In this document: one piece after another, positions 39,799 to 50,420 of the stretch | Numbering within the stretch: position 1 is the stretch's first letter | Layout of the letters: the number at the start of each line of letters is the position of its first letter | Assembly: GCA_965279525.1 (NCBI GenBank) | Contig: CBDIIB010000005.1 | Location: 992,001-1,056,000, forward strand | Direction of reading: 5' to 3' | DNA length: 64,000 nucleotides | Source of the DNA: Tagaea sp. | Lineage (GTDB): Bacteria > Pseudomonadota > Alphaproteobacteria > CACIAM-22H2 | The notes under the pieces: generated by a model | Told to the model about the DNA's origin: nothing | Seen by the model: the letters and a program-made list of their open reading frames with translations, nothing else | Database searches by the model: none | Translations under genes and position numbers: made by a program

Positions 39799-41679
39799 TC
39801 AGATCCCGAATATCCGGACCGGCACGAGGCTGAGCGCCGGCACGAACGTGATCACCGCCAGCCAGATCAGCAGGCCGATCATGAACGGCCAGCATGCGCG
39901 ATAGGCCAGATGGATCGGCGTGTTGGTCACTTGGGCCGCCGTGAACACGAGGACCGCGAGCGGCGGCGTCAGCGCGCCGATGCACAGGTTGGCGACCATG
40001 ACGACGCCAAAATGGACGAGATCGACGTTCGCCGCCTTGAGGACCGGCACCAGCAGCGGCACGAGGATGACCATAGAGGCGATCATCTCCATCGCCAGTC
40101 CGACGAACAGCAGGAACAGGTTGATCGCCAGCAGCAGGAGCACCCAGCTCGCCGACAGCGTGCCGAGGATCATCGTCATCTTCTGCGGGACCTGCTCGAT
40201 GATAAGCGCGTAGGCGAACGGTGCCGACGCCGCGATCACGGCAAGGACGGTCGTGGTCTCGATCAGCGATTCGCGCAAGGCATGCAGCAGCGACGACCCG
40301 TTCGCCGTGCGGTAGATCCACAGGCCGCAGACCAGCGCGTAGAGCACGGCGACCGCACCCGCCTCGGTCGCCGAGAACACTCCGTACCGGATGCCGCCGA
40401 CGATCAGGATCGGCAGGACGAGGGCCGGAAGCGACTGCCGGAACGCGCTGCCGCGCGCACTCCAGCTTGCCCGCGCGCCACTGTCGCCGATTTTCCGGCG
40501 CACGCATTCGAAATGCACGACGATCGACAGCGTCAGCGCCATCAAAAGGCCTGGCACGATCGTCGCCGTGAACAGCGCGCCGACCGACACGCTCGCAAGT
40601 GCGCCGAAGATGATGAGACCGAGGCTGGGCGGGATCATGTTCGCCAGGATCGAGCCGGAGCTCGTCAGGGCCACGCCGAACGGCTTGGGATAGCCGCGCC
40701 GCTCCATCTCCGGCACCATCGTCTTGGCGATCGCTGCGGCGTCGGCGGTCGACGAGCCGGAAACGCCGCCCATCAACGTGTTCGTCAGGACGTTGACGTG
40801 GGCGAGTCCGCCCCGGAAATGGCCGACGAGCGAGGAAGCCAGTGCAATCAGTTTCTCGGTGATGCCACCGACATTCATCAATCCGCCGGCGAGCATGAAG
40901 AACGGGATCGACAGCAGCAGATAGTCCATCGAGTTCGTCAGGCCCTGCGGCACCGGCAGAAGCGCGAGCGGGCCCTGCGGCAGGAACGCCACGAACGTGC
41001 CGAAGACGAGCGAATCGAAGATCGGGATGCCGGCCAGCATCAGGCCGATCGCGATGACGACGAGCGGTGCGACGACGCCGAACGACCCGATGAAGGTCGA
41101 TCCGACGGTGCTTTCCATAACGTAGTAGAGCGCGATACCCGTTGCCGTCGCAGCCGCACCCGTCCAGACATTCCGGAATCCGGCAACCGGCTCGAGGGCC
41201 AGGAATAGCAGCGCCAGTCCCGCACCCGTAGGTACGGCAAGATAGAGATACGCGTAGTTCCACTGGAGGGCGGGCGAGATGTAGCTTGCCTGCGACACGA
41301 GGCTGCCGCCGCAGGTGACGAGGAAGATCGCGCAGGATGCCGAGATCACGCGCACGACGAACGCATGCGTCCGCAGCGCGTCCGGCGACAGCGAACGGGG
41401 CAGCATGTCGATGGTGATGTGGCGGGCGCGACGCGTGACGAGTGCCGCACCCAGGAAGACGAACCAGACGAACGCGAAGCGCGCCATCTCTTCGGGCCAG
41501 CTCAGCGCGCTGTTGAGCACGTAGCGGCAGAAGACCTGCAGCAGGGCGATGGAGATCGTGCCGACGAGGGCGGCGACGGCGAGTGTCTCGACCGTGCGGT
41601 CGATCGCCAGCGAGACCCGCCCCATCGTCTGCGCGAGTCCGCCTGCGGGCAAAGTGCCCGCATCCGCTTCCTGATTCAT
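39799..41679 (-). CDS. Fused TRAP permease DctQM
   Basis: N-terminal WPEEMARFAFVW (DctQ) fused to LLSIPFF, GVSGSSTADAA, IPPSLG, LTPP (DctM). Confidence 0.92.
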   Translation of the reverse strand: MNQEADAGTLPAGGLAQTMGRVSLAIDRTVETLAVAALVGTISIALLQVFCRYVLNSALSWPEEMARFAFVWFVFLGAALVTRRARHITIDMLPRSLSPDALRTHAFVVRVISASCAIFLVTCGGSLVSQASYISPALQWNYAYLYLAVPTGAGLALLFLALEPVAGFRNVWTGAAATATGIALYYVMESTVGSTFIGSFGVVAPLVVIAIGLMLAGIPIFDSLVFGTFVAFLPQGPLALLPVPQGLTNSMDYLLLSIPFFMLAGGLMNVGGITEKLIALASSLVGHFRGGLAHVNVLTNTLMGGVSGSSTADAAAIAKTMVPEMERRGYPKPFGVALTSSGSILANMIPPSLGLIIFGALASVSVGALFTATIVPGLLMALTLSIVVHFECVRRKIGDSGARASWSARGSAFRQSLPALVLPILIVGGIRYGVFSATEAGAVAVLYALVCGLWIYRTANGSSLLHALRESLIETTTVLAVIAASAPFAYALIIEQVPQKMTMILGTLSASWVLLLLAINLFLLFVGLAMEMIASMVILVPLLVPVLKAANVDLVHFGVVMVANLCIGALTPPLAVLVFTAAQVTNTPIHLAYRACWPFMIGLLIWLAVITFVPALSLVPVRIFGI

Positions 41680-41757
41680 TTCTTGTCTGCTTTCGAAGGT
41701 ACGTTCGTTCGGACGGTGGCGGGAAGGCAATCGCCTCCCCGCCCCGTTCCGAGGGAC

Positions 41758-42777
41758 TCAGGCGAGCGCGCGGATCTTGTCGATCATCATCTTCGTCGCC
41801 GGGCTCTTGCTGCCGAACTCGGCGAACAGCGACTCCGTCGCTTTCGCCCAGGCGGGGATGTCGGACAGCGTATAGACCGTGATGCCGGACGCCTTCAGTT
41901 CGGCGAGCGTCGCGGCGGTGTTGGCGCGGTTCTGGCGGCGCTGCTCGGCGAACACCGTCTTTGCGGTGTCGCGGACCAGTGCCTGCAGGTCGGCCGGCAG
42001 CGAGTCGAGCCAGCGCGCGTTGACGCGCGTGGCCTTGGGCAGGAACCAGTGGTTCGTCAGCGTCATGTGCTTGGCCTGCTCGCCCCACTTGAAGCCCTTG
42101 ATCGAGAACACGTCGGCTTCGAGCGAGTCGATCAGGCCGGTCGACAGCGCGCTGTACTGTTCGGCATAGGCCAGCGGCGTCGGGTTGGCGCCGAGCGCCT
42201 TCCAGAAATCGACCCAGATCTTCAGTTCGGGAACGCGGATCTTCAGGCCCTTGAGGTCGGCGAGGGCCTTCACCGGGCGCTTGGAAAGCACGTGGCGGAA
42301 GCCGACCTCGCCATAGTCGACGAACTCGACGCCGGTCTTCTGGCGCGCGATGCGCGAGACTTCCTTGCCGATCTCGCCCTGCAGCACCTTGTCGACGTGG
42401 GCCTCGTCCTTGAAGATGAAGCCGGGTGCACCGCCTGTGGCCGCGATCTCAGGAGCGACCGCTTCCTCTGTATCCGGGCCGCCGGTCGTGACCTGGATCG
42501 TGCCCAGGCGGTTCTGCTCGATATTCTGGGTGTAGCTGCCGAGCTGGCTGGCCGGGAAGTGCTGCGCGTCGATGCGCCCGCCGCTCTTCTCGTTGAGGAT
42601 CTTGGTCCACGATTCGAACGCCATCGTCAGCGGCGAGCCGATCGCTTCGGAATGGCCCATCCGGCAGACGAATTTCTGCTGCGCGCGCACGACGGCCGGA
42701 GCCGCGATCGCCGAAAGCCCTGCCGCGGCGGTACCCGCCACGAGCAACGAACGGCGCGAAATTCCCTTGGTCAGCAT
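41758..42777 (-). CDS. TRAP substrate-binding protein DctP with Tat signal
   Basis: SRRSLL twin-arginine signal, GLKIRVP, LGANPTPLAYAEQYSALSTG; GGGGGAG RBS. Confidence 0.92.
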   Translation of the reverse strand: MLTKGISRRSLLVAGTAAAGLSAIAAPAVVRAQQKFVCRMGHSEAIGSPLTMAFESWTKILNEKSGGRIDAQHFPASQLGSYTQNIEQNRLGTIQVTTGGPDTEEAVAPEIAATGGAPGFIFKDEAHVDKVLQGEIGKEVSRIARQKTGVEFVDYGEVGFRHVLSKRPVKALADLKGLKIRVPELKIWVDFWKALGANPTPLAYAEQYSALSTGLIDSLEADVFSIKGFKWGEQAKHMTLTNHWFLPKATRVNARWLDSLPADLQALVRDTAKTVFAEQRRQNRANTAATLAELKASGITVYTLSDIPAWAKATESLFAEFGSKSPATKMMIDKIRALA

Positions 42778-42842
42778 GCTCCCCCCTTGTGAATCCACGC
42801 GGGACGTTCCCGGCGGCTTTCTTGATTGGCGCACGATGAATG

Positions 42843-43053
42843 CGTAATCGATTGCGGTCAATATAAATATGTAGTAACAAAATTATGTTCTAAATCAAAC
42901 GATTAATGAAGACAACCGTTTGCACAAACAGGATGTTGCAAGCAGGCAACCCGCAAAGAATAATACCAAAATGCTGCGGAATCGAGCCTGTTGGCAGCTA
43001 GGCCTGCGAACAAGCTGGCTTGCCGCCTATGGCATTTTGTGCAAACGATTGCG
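42843..43053. promoter_or_regulatory. Multiple LacI-type operators in the divergent promoter region
   Basis: CGTAATCGATTGCG (42843-42856), CAAACGATTA (about 42896), CAACCGTTTGCA (42913-42924), TGCAAACGATTGCG (43040-43053); all have the AAnCGnTT core. Confidence 0.7.
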
Positions 43054-43072
43054 CGAACGGATCGGGGAACGC

Positions 43073-44146
43073 ATGGCACGTCAGATGAAGATGAAGGACC
43101 TCGCGCTCGCACTCGACCTCTCCGTCGCGACCGTGTCCCGTGCCCTCGCCGGTTCGCCGCGCATCAGCCAGAAGACCCGCGCGCGCGTGCGCGCCGCGGC
43201 GGAACGGCATGGCTACGTCGTCGACCTCGCGGCACGCACCATGCGCAGCGGCACCAGTTCGATCGTCGGGCTGCTTCTTCCCGACATCGAAAACGACTTC
43301 TACTCGACTGCTGCCAAGGCGATCGCCGACTGCTGCCAGGAGCGCGGCGCCCAGCTCGTCCTCGCCGTCACCGACGACAACGCCGATCTCGAGCTGCACC
43401 ACCTGCGCAACCTGCGCTCGGCGCGCGCACTCGGCGTGATCATGATCCCGTCGATCTCGCCGGCACCCGAAACGCGGCGGCTGATGCGCACGACGCCGCA
43501 CATCCAGTTCGTCCGCAGCGATCCGAATGTCGAGTCCGACTGGTTCGGCATCGACGACGCGCAGGCGATGCGGCTCGCCGCCGAGCACCTGATCGGGCTC
43601 GGCCACCGGCGGATCGCCTATGTCGGCTCGACGCTGGAGATCTCCACCGGCCGCGCGCGGCTCAACGGCTTCCGGCGGACGCTGGAGGATGCCGGCATCG
43701 CGGTCGACGAAGCGCTCGTCCACGCGGGCAGCTGCGACGCCGAATTCGGTTATGCCGCGATGGACGCCATCCTGTCGTCGGGTGCACGGCCGACGGCCGT
43801 GGTGACGGCTGGTGCACGGATCTGCGTGGGTGCTTATGACTGCATCCGCCAGCGCGGCATCGACGTGCCCGGCGAGATGTCGTTCGTCGGCTTCAGCGAC
43901 GGGCCGATGCTGCGCTGGTGCGGCCAGGGAATCACGACCCTGTCGCTGCCGGTGCGCGAACTGGCGCTCGTCACGACCGACCACCTGTTCCGCAAGGTCG
44001 GCGACGCGCGGCGCAAGAGCGAGGCGCCGTGCAAGGTCATGCTGCTGTCCTCGCTCGTGGCGCGCAGTTCGACGGGCGCACCGCCGGCCGACGCGTCGCG
44101 CCAGCGGTCCCGGCCCGATCCGGCCCTGGTCCTCGCTTCCAAGTAG
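43073..44146 (+). CDS. LacI-family transcriptional regulator
   Basis: MKDLALALDLSVATVSRAL HTH, LGHRRIAYVG, VPGEMSFVGFSD. Confidence 0.95.
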   Translation: MARQMKMKDLALALDLSVATVSRALAGSPRISQKTRARVRAAAERHGYVVDLAARTMRSGTSSIVGLLLPDIENDFYSTAAKAIADCCQERGAQLVLAVTDDNADLELHHLRNLRSARALGVIMIPSISPAPETRRLMRTTPHIQFVRSDPNVESDWFGIDDAQAMRLAAEHLIGLGHRRIAYVGSTLEISTGRARLNGFRRTLEDAGIAVDEALVHAGSCDAEFGYAAMDAILSSGARPTAVVTAGARICVGAYDCIRQRGIDVPGEMSFVGFSDGPMLRWCGQGITTLSLPVRELALVTTDHLFRKVGDARRKSEAPCKVMLLSSLVARSSTGAPPADASRQRSRPDPALVLASK

Positions 44147-44278
44147 GCGGGGCGTCGTCGTCCGCACGCGCGCGGAAGCGATTGCTTCGCGCGGGCAACG
44201 TTCTATTGTGTCGCGTCGATACGCCACAAAACGCCGGCCACGCGCCAACGGACCGGCAACATCCAGACGGAGGAAGCC

Positions 44279-46063
44279 TTGAAGCGCCCACTACGGTCCC
44301 GCCAGTGGTTCAACAATCCCGAGAACCCCGGCATGACCGCTCTCTATCTCGAGCGGTATCTCAATTTCGGAATGACGCTCGACGAGCTCAAGTCGGGCAA
44401 GCCGATCATCGGCATCGCGCAGACGGGTTCGGACCTGTCGCCGTGCAACCGTCACCATCTCGAGCTCGCCAAGCGCGTGCGCGAGGGCATCCTCGCGGCC
44501 GGCGGCGTGTGCTTCGAATTTCCGTGCCATCCGATCCAGGAAACCGGCAAGCGCCCGACCGCGAACCTCGACCGGAACCTCTCGTACCTGTCGCTGGTCG
44601 AAGTGCTGTTCGGTTACCCGATCGACGGCGTCGTGCTGACGACGGGCTGCGACAAGACCACGCCCGCCCTGCTGATGGCGGCGGCCACCGTCAACATCCC
44701 GGCGATCGGCCTCAACGTGGGGCCGATGCTGAACGGCTGGAACGGCAAGGAACGCGTGGGTTCCGGCATGGTCGTCTGGAAGGCGCGCGAGCGCCACGCC
44801 GCGGGCGACATCACCTACGAGCAGTTCATCGACATCGTCAGCTCGTCGGCCCCCTCGAACGGCCACTGCAACACGATGGGCACGGCATCGACGATGAACT
44901 CGCTTTCCGAAGCGCTCGGCATGTGCCTGCCCGGCTCGGCAGCGATCCCGGCTCCCTACCGCGAGCGCGGCCAGATCGCCTACGAGACCGGCCGGCGCAT
45001 CGTCGCGATGGTCGCCGAGGACCTGAAGCCGTCCGACATCATGACGCGCGAAGCCTTCGAGAACGTCATCGTCGCCAATACGGCGATCGGCGGCTCGACC
45101 AACGCGCCCGTGCATGTCAACGCGATCGCCAAGCACATGGGCGTGAAGCTCGACGTCGCGGACTGGGAGAAGCACGGCTTCGACATCCCGCTGCTCGTCA
45201 ACCTTCAGCCGGCGGGCGAGTATCTGGCCGAAGAATATTACCGCGCGGGCGGCCTGCCGGCGGTGATCGCCGAGCTTATGAAGCACGGCAAGATCCATGA
45301 GAAGGCGATGACGGTTTCCGGCAAATCGATCGGCGAGAACTGCAAGGGTGCGAAATCCGGCGACCCGGACGTGATCCGCAGCTGGGACAATCCGCTGCGC
45401 AAGAACGCGGGCTTCCTCAACCTGAAGGGCACGCTCTTCGACAGTGCCATCATGAAGACGAGCGTGATCTCGAAGGAATTCCAGGACCGCTATCTCTCGA
45501 ACCCGAAGGATCCCAACGCCTTCGAAGGCAAGGTCGCTGTGTTCGAGGGGCCGGAGGATTATCACCACCGTCTGGACGATCCGGCCCTCGGCATCGACGA
45601 GCACACGATCCTGATCATCCGCGGTGTCGGCCCCATCGGCTATCCCGGTGCGGCCGAAGTCGTGAACATGCAGCCGCCGGCAGCGCTTATCCGGCGCGGC
45701 GTGCTGTCGTTGCCGTGCATCGGCGACGGGCGGCAGTCGGGCACGTCCGGCACGCCCTCGATCCTCAACGCCTCGCCCGAAGCGGCAGCCGGCGGCGGCC
45801 TCGGGATCCTGCGCACCGGCGACCGCATCCGCATCGATCTCAACAAGCGCACGGCCGACATCCTGCTGCCGCCAGAAGAGATCAAGAAGCGGCATGCCGA
45901 GCTGGCGGCCAAGGGCGGCTTCCCCTACCCGGCCAGCCAGACGCCGTGGCAGGAGATCCAGCGCTCGATGGTCGACCAGCTGAGCGAGGGCATGACACTC
46001 AAGCCGGCGGTCAAGTACCAGAAGATCGCCCAGACCTCCGGCACGCCGCGCGATAACCACTGA
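44279..46063 (+). CDS. IlvD/Edd-family sugar-acid dehydratase (xylonate/arabinonate dehydratase-like)
   Basis: [45 protein letters not shown]; TTG start with GGAGG RBS. Confidence 0.93.
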   Translation: MKRPLRSRQWFNNPENPGMTALYLERYLNFGMTLDELKSGKPIIGIAQTGSDLSPCNRHHLELAKRVREGILAAGGVCFEFPCHPIQETGKRPTANLDRNLSYLSLVEVLFGYPIDGVVLTTGCDKTTPALLMAAATVNIPAIGLNVGPMLNGWNGKERVGSGMVVWKARERHAAGDITYEQFIDIVSSSAPSNGHCNTMGTASTMNSLSEALGMCLPGSAAIPAPYRERGQIAYETGRRIVAMVAEDLKPSDIMTREAFENVIVANTAIGGSTNAPVHVNAIAKHMGVKLDVADWEKHGFDIPLLVNLQPAGEYLAEEYYRAGGLPAVIAELMKHGKIHEKAMTVSGKSIGENCKGAKSGDPDVIRSWDNPLRKNAGFLNLKGTLFDSAIMKTSVISKEFQDRYLSNPKDPNAFEGKVAVFEGPEDYHHRLDDPALGIDEHTILIIRGVGPIGYPGAAEVVNMQPPAALIRRGVLSLPCIGDGRQSGTSGTPSILNASPEAAAGGGLGILRTGDRIRIDLNKRTADILLPPEEIKKRHAELAAKGGFPYPASQTPWQEIQRSMVDQLSEGMTLKPAVKYQKIAQTSGTPRDNH

Positions 46064-46118
46064 TACTGGCACGCCCCTTGCGTCGTTCTCCCGATCTTCA
46101 CAGACCGGGAGAACGACG

Positions 46119-47165
46119 ATGGCCACGATTTACAAGTTCGAGCGCCGGACGTTCCTGAAATCCGCAGCGGTCGGTGCCGCTTTTTCGGGCCTTGCCGCCC
46201 CCCATGTGTTCGCACAAAGCGCACAGGTGCCGGTGCGCTTCACGCTGAACCTGCCGCGCAACGGCACCAATTCGCCCTTCATCCACGCGATGGAAAAGGG
46301 CTACTACGCGCAGGAAGGCATCCGCATCGTTTCGATGGATCCGGCCGCCGGTGCCGACGCCATGCAGCGCGTGGCGACCGACACCTACGACCTGGGTTTC
46401 GGCGATCTTCCGGCCCTTGCCGAGTGGCACCTCAAGAATCCCGATTCGACGCCGCTGGCGGTCTTCAACGTCTACCGTTCGACCCCGGCCGCGATCGTCT
46501 CGTGGAAGAGCTCGAAAATCGAAAAGCCGGCCGACCTCGTCGGCCGCACGGTCGGCGGCCCGCTCACCGACAACGCGTTCCGCCTGTTCCCGGTGTTCTT
46601 CCGCGCCAACGGGCTCGATCCGGCCGGCGTCAAGTTCAACAACGTGGACCTGCGCCTGCGCGAGGCGGTGTTCATGCGCAAGGAAGTCGACGCGGTCACC
46701 GGCTTCGACTCGACCGTATGGCTCAACCTGCGCGGCCTCGGCGTGAAGTTCGAGGACATCTCGATCATGCTCTATTCGAAGCACGGGCTCGATCTCTACT
46801 CGAACACCGTGATCGTCAGCCGCAAGTTCCTGCGCGAGAACGAGGCGTCGATCCCCGGCTTCCTGCGCGCGACGATGAAGGGCTGGCGCGATGCCGCCGC
46901 CGATCCGGTCGCTGTCACCGAATCGCTGTTCAAGGCCGACGGGCTCATCAACAAGGACATCGAACGCGACCGGCTCAAATGGATCCTCGAGAACCAGGTC
47001 ATGGGGCCGGAGACCGCGAAACTCGGTCTCGGCCAGATCGAGATCCCCCGGCTGCAGAAGTCGATCGAGCTGCTGGCCAAGGGCATGCAGCTGCCTGCCG
47101 TCGTCGCCTCCGACAAGGTCTGGAGCGACAAATACCTGCCGCCACTCGAACAGCGGAAGATCTAG
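46119..47165 (+). CDS. ABC substrate-binding protein (NMT1/THI5/SsuA family) with Tat signal
   Basis: ERRTFLK, AMEKGYYAQEGI, PADLVGRTVG, GLDLYSN. Confidence 0.85.
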   Translation: MATIYKFERRTFLKSAAVGAAFSGLAAPHVFAQSAQVPVRFTLNLPRNGTNSPFIHAMEKGYYAQEGIRIVSMDPAAGADAMQRVATDTYDLGFGDLPALAEWHLKNPDSTPLAVFNVYRSTPAAIVSWKSSKIEKPADLVGRTVGGPLTDNAFRLFPVFFRANGLDPAGVKFNNVDLRLREAVFMRKEVDAVTGFDSTVWLNLRGLGVKFEDISIMLYSKHGLDLYSNTVIVSRKFLRENEASIPGFLRATMKGWRDAAADPVAVTESLFKADGLINKDIERDRLKWILENQVMGPETAKLGLGQIEIPRLQKSIELLAKGMQLPAVVASDKVWSDKYLPPLEQRKI

Positions 47166-47704
47166 ACCGGCACCAGTGCCCGGAAGGGGCCGTCGGGAGC
47201 CAGCGCCCGGATCGCGTCGCCTGCGTGCACCTCGCCGCCTTCGCGCACGACCGCCATGATGCCGGCCTTGCGTATCAATGCACCGTGCGCATCGCGGTCG
47301 AGGACGGCCTGCATCAGCCCGGGGCGGAAATCGTCGAGCTGCCGGCAAGGATTGCGCAGGCCGGTCACTTCGAGGCGCACCGCCGGGCCGATCTCCAGCA
47401 CCGTGCCGATGCCAAGGCCAAGCAGGTCGAGCCCGCGCGTCGTCACGTTCTCGCCGATGTCGCCCGGGGCGATCTCGAAGCCGCGACCCCTGAGCTCGTC
47501 GAACAGTTCGGCGTGGATCAGGTGGACCTGACGCAGGTTGGGGACTGTCGGGTCGCGTGCCACGCGGCTGCGGTGCTTGACCGTGACGCCGCGATGCGCG
47601 TCCCCGGCTACACCCTCCCCGGCGACGAGACGGATCGACGCGCGGATATCTTTGGAAAACAGATGCCCGGCGCGCGCGGCCACGGCGACGACGTGTCCAT
47701 TCAT
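47162..47704 (-). CDS. MOSC-domain protein
   Basis: GVAGDAH, RQVHLI, GDIGENVTTRG, TGLRNPCRQLD, GGEVHAGD. Confidence 0.9.
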   Translation of the reverse strand: MNGHVVAVAARAGHLFSKDIRASIRLVAGEGVAGDAHRGVTVKHRSRVARDPTVPNLRQVHLIHAELFDELRGRGFEIAPGDIGENVTTRGLDLLGLGIGTVLEIGPAVRLEVTGLRNPCRQLDDFRPGLMQAVLDRDAHGALIRKAGIMAVVREGGEVHAGDAIRALAPDGPFRALVPV

Positions 47705-47799
47705 CGGGACATGATAGCCGCAAAGTTGGCGGAATCGGCGATCTCCGATAGACTTGCCGGAACAAGGCCGGAATCGGGCCGATCCAGGGGAGTCACGCC

Positions 47800-49431
47800 G
47801 TGAAAGTCGCCGAGCCGTCGATCTCGCCGTTGAAACTCGTCTTTCTCGCTTTCACGCCGCGATACATCATCTACACGCTGAGCCTGATCGCGACGGTGGT
47901 GTTCGCGCTGGCGAGCCTGCGCGACACGTGGTTCCTGCTGCCCTTCGCGATCGCGGCCGTCCTTGCGGTCATCGGGACGCGGGACATAACCCAGACCCAG
48001 CGCAGCCTGCTGCGCAACTATCCCATCGCCGCCCATATCCGGTTCCTCCTCGAGGAGATCCGGCCGGAGATCCGGCAGTACTTCCTCGAGAGCGACCTCG
48101 ACGGCATGCCGTTCAACCGCAACAAGCGGTCGATCGTCTACCAGCGCGCCAAGTCCGATCTCGACAAGCGCCCGTTCGGCACGATGAGCGATGTCTACGC
48201 GTCCGGCTTCGAGTGGATGAACCATTCGCTGGCACCCAAGCACCATTCGGGCGAGCCGTTCCGCATCCAGATCGGCGGGCCGGACTGCAGCCAGCCCTAT
48301 TCGGCCTCGGTCTTCAACATCTCGGCGATGAGCTTCGGCTCGCTTTCGGCGAATGCGATCCGCGCCCTCAACCGGGGTGCGGCCATGGGCGGATTCGCGC
48401 ACGATACCGGCGAAGGCGGCTTCAGCCAGTATCATCAGGAATTCGGCGGCGACATCGTCTGGGAAATCGGCAGCGGCTATTTCGGCTGCCGCAACCCGGA
48501 CGGCAGCTTTTCGCCGGAACGCTTCGCCGACCAGGCGAAAGCGCCGCAGGTCAAGATGATCGAGATCAAGCTTAGCCAGGGGGCCAAGCCCGGCCATGGC
48601 GGCGTGCTGCCGGGAGCGAAGGTCTCGGCCGAGATCGCCGCGGCGCGCGGCGTACCGCAGGGCGTGGACTGCATCTCGCCGGCGAGCCATCCGGCGTTCT
48701 CCACGCCGCTGGGCCTCGTCGGCTTCATCAAGCAGCTGCGCGAGCTTTCCGGCGGCAAACCCGTCGGCTTCAAGATGTGCATCGGCCATCCGACCGAGTT
48801 CCTCGGCATCTGCAAGGCGATGCTGCAGACGGGCATCTATCCCGACTTCATCGTCGTCGACGGTTCGGAAGGCGGCACGGGCGCCGCCCCGCTCGAGTTC
48901 CTCGACCATATCGGCACGCCGCTGCGCGACGGGCTGGTGTTCGTGCACAACGCACTGGTCGGGCTGGGTATCCGCGAACGCATCAAGATCGGTGCGGGCG
49001 GCAAGATCACGTCGGCCTTCGACATGGCGCGCGTGATGGCGCTGGGTGCCGACTGGTGCAACGCGGCGCGCGGCTTCATGTTCGCCGTCGGCTGCATCCA
49101 GTCGCTGAGCTGCCACACCGATACGTGCCCGACCGGCGTAGCCACGCAGGACAAGTCGCGCCAGCGCGCCCTCGTCGTGCCCGACAAGGCCCAGCGCGTG
49201 GCGCAGTTCCACAAGTCGACCGTGACGGCACTTGCCGAGGTGATCGCGGCGGCGGGACTTTCCCATCCCAGCGAGCTCAGGCCCCACCACATCTCGCGCC
49301 GCCTCGGGCCCGAGCAGTGCGCCACGTTCGCCGAGGTCTACCGATTCGTGAAGCCGGGCGAGATTCTCGACGGCACCGACCATCCGGCCTTCGCGAAGAG
49401 CTGGCCGGCCGCGCGCGCGGAAGCGTTCTGA
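47800..49431 (+). CDS. FMN-binding glutamate synthase-family protein (stand-alone, membrane-anchored)
   Basis: Two N-terminal TM segments, NISAMSFGSLS, EIKLSQGAKPGHGG, DGSEGGTGAAP, GCIQSLSCHTDTCPTGVATQ. Confidence 0.92.
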   Translation: MKVAEPSISPLKLVFLAFTPRYIIYTLSLIATVVFALASLRDTWFLLPFAIAAVLAVIGTRDITQTQRSLLRNYPIAAHIRFLLEEIRPEIRQYFLESDLDGMPFNRNKRSIVYQRAKSDLDKRPFGTMSDVYASGFEWMNHSLAPKHHSGEPFRIQIGGPDCSQPYSASVFNISAMSFGSLSANAIRALNRGAAMGGFAHDTGEGGFSQYHQEFGGDIVWEIGSGYFGCRNPDGSFSPERFADQAKAPQVKMIEIKLSQGAKPGHGGVLPGAKVSAEIAAARGVPQGVDCISPASHPAFSTPLGLVGFIKQLRELSGGKPVGFKMCIGHPTEFLGICKAMLQTGIYPDFIVVDGSEGGTGAAPLEFLDHIGTPLRDGLVFVHNALVGLGIRERIKIGAGGKITSAFDMARVMALGADWCNAARGFMFAVGCIQSLSCHTDTCPTGVATQDKSRQRALVVPDKAQRVAQFHKSTVTALAEVIAAAGLSHPSELRPHHISRRLGPEQCATFAEVYRFVKPGEILDGTDHPAFAKSWPAARAEAF

Positions 49432-49435
49432 AGCG

Positions 49436-50323
49436 CTACTGGTTGAGGACGATCTCGCCGAGCCGCGAAAGATCGTAGCCGCCGAGCCGGTCGGCATGGC
49501 GCCGGCACTCGGGCCCGCGCGCGAAGGCGAGCAGGCGCTGCACGGGCGGTTCGAAGAAATCGCGCCGGCGCATGGCAAGATCGAAGCGCTCGCGGAACAG
49601 CGGCACGAAATCGATGCCGAGCTGGCCGGCCGACGCGGCGACGCCGAAGCCGGCATCGGCGCGCCCTTCGCGCACGGCAGCGGCGATCTCGGTCTCGTTG
49701 AGCGCCGGCACGTCCGGCGCATCGAGCGTGTCGAGACGGATCCCCGCCTCGGCGAGCAGATGCAAGAACAGCACGTGGCTGCCCGCCTGCGGTTGGCGCA
49801 GCACGATCCGCGCCTTGCGCCGCTTGAGGTCGGCAAGCTTGCGCAGGCGCCTGGGGTTTCCCTTGGCAACGAGCAGCCCCTGCTGGCGCCACGCCCAGCC
49901 GATCGCCACGATGTCCTGACCGGGCATCGCGGCGGCAAGCGCCGGCGCGTTGAAGTCGCCGCTGTCGGGATCGACGATGTGGAGGGCCGCGACCATCGCG
50001 CCACCGTCGCGAAGCGCGTCGATCCCGTCGAGCGAGCCGTGCGCCATCGTGGCAAGGCCCGAACGCGACCGGCGCAGCGCCCATTCGAGCAGCGGATCGT
50101 GGCTGCCGGCCAGGATCGGCGGTGCGGGCGCCGCGGTCACGCCCGAATCGCCGAACTCGGTATGCTTGAGGATCCATGCATCGATGAGGGCGCGCGGGAA
50201 CAGCCACTTCCCGCCGATCCGCGCGCACGGGATGCGCCGCGTGCGCACGAGTTCGTAGATCGTGCGCTCCTTGAGCCGCAGATAGGCGGCGACTTCTGCG
50301 GTGGTGAGGATCGCTTCCGGCAT
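49436..50323 (-). CDS. Excisionase-type HTH plus molybdate/tungstate-binding-fold regulator
   Basis: LTTAEVAAYLRLKERTIYELV...IGGKWLF; AGSHDPLL, GSLDGI, RQPQAGS, GRADAGFG; divergent from tupB. Confidence 0.88.
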   Translation of the reverse strand: MPEAILTTAEVAAYLRLKERTIYELVRTRRIPCARIGGKWLFPRALIDAWILKHTEFGDSGVTAAPAPPILAGSHDPLLEWALRRSRSGLATMAHGSLDGIDALRDGGAMVAALHIVDPDSGDFNAPALAAAMPGQDIVAIGWAWRQQGLLVAKGNPRRLRKLADLKRRKARIVLRQPQAGSHVLFLHLLAEAGIRLDTLDAPDVPALNETEIAAAVREGRADAGFGVAASAGQLGIDFVPLFRERFDLAMRRRDFFEPPVQRLLAFARGPECRRHADRLGGYDLSRLGEIVLNQ

Positions 50324-50420
50324 TGCCGGCACCGACTATGCATTTTCCTGCGGAAACCTGCAAATGGACCCGGGCGGGGCGATTGACGGCGCCGGGGGGC
50401 TGCCCGACCATCCCGCCGCC

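Noticed and set aside
37934-42088. 1384-aa ORF suggesting a giant fusion; likewise the extended N-termini of ORFs 36909-38930, 28471-30447 and 9401-11635
   Set aside because: Only the C-terminal part is protein-like; true starts overlap upstream stops (ATGA) and the extensions overlap real genes in other frames
31387-47165. tRNA-Arg as attachment site of a genomic island
   Set aside because: No integrase, no duplicated tRNA 3' end noticed, and downstream genes have host-like codon usage
47800-49431. Canonical glutamate synthase gltB
   Set aside because: Only the FMN/3Fe-4S domain is present; no amidotransferase domain or gltD
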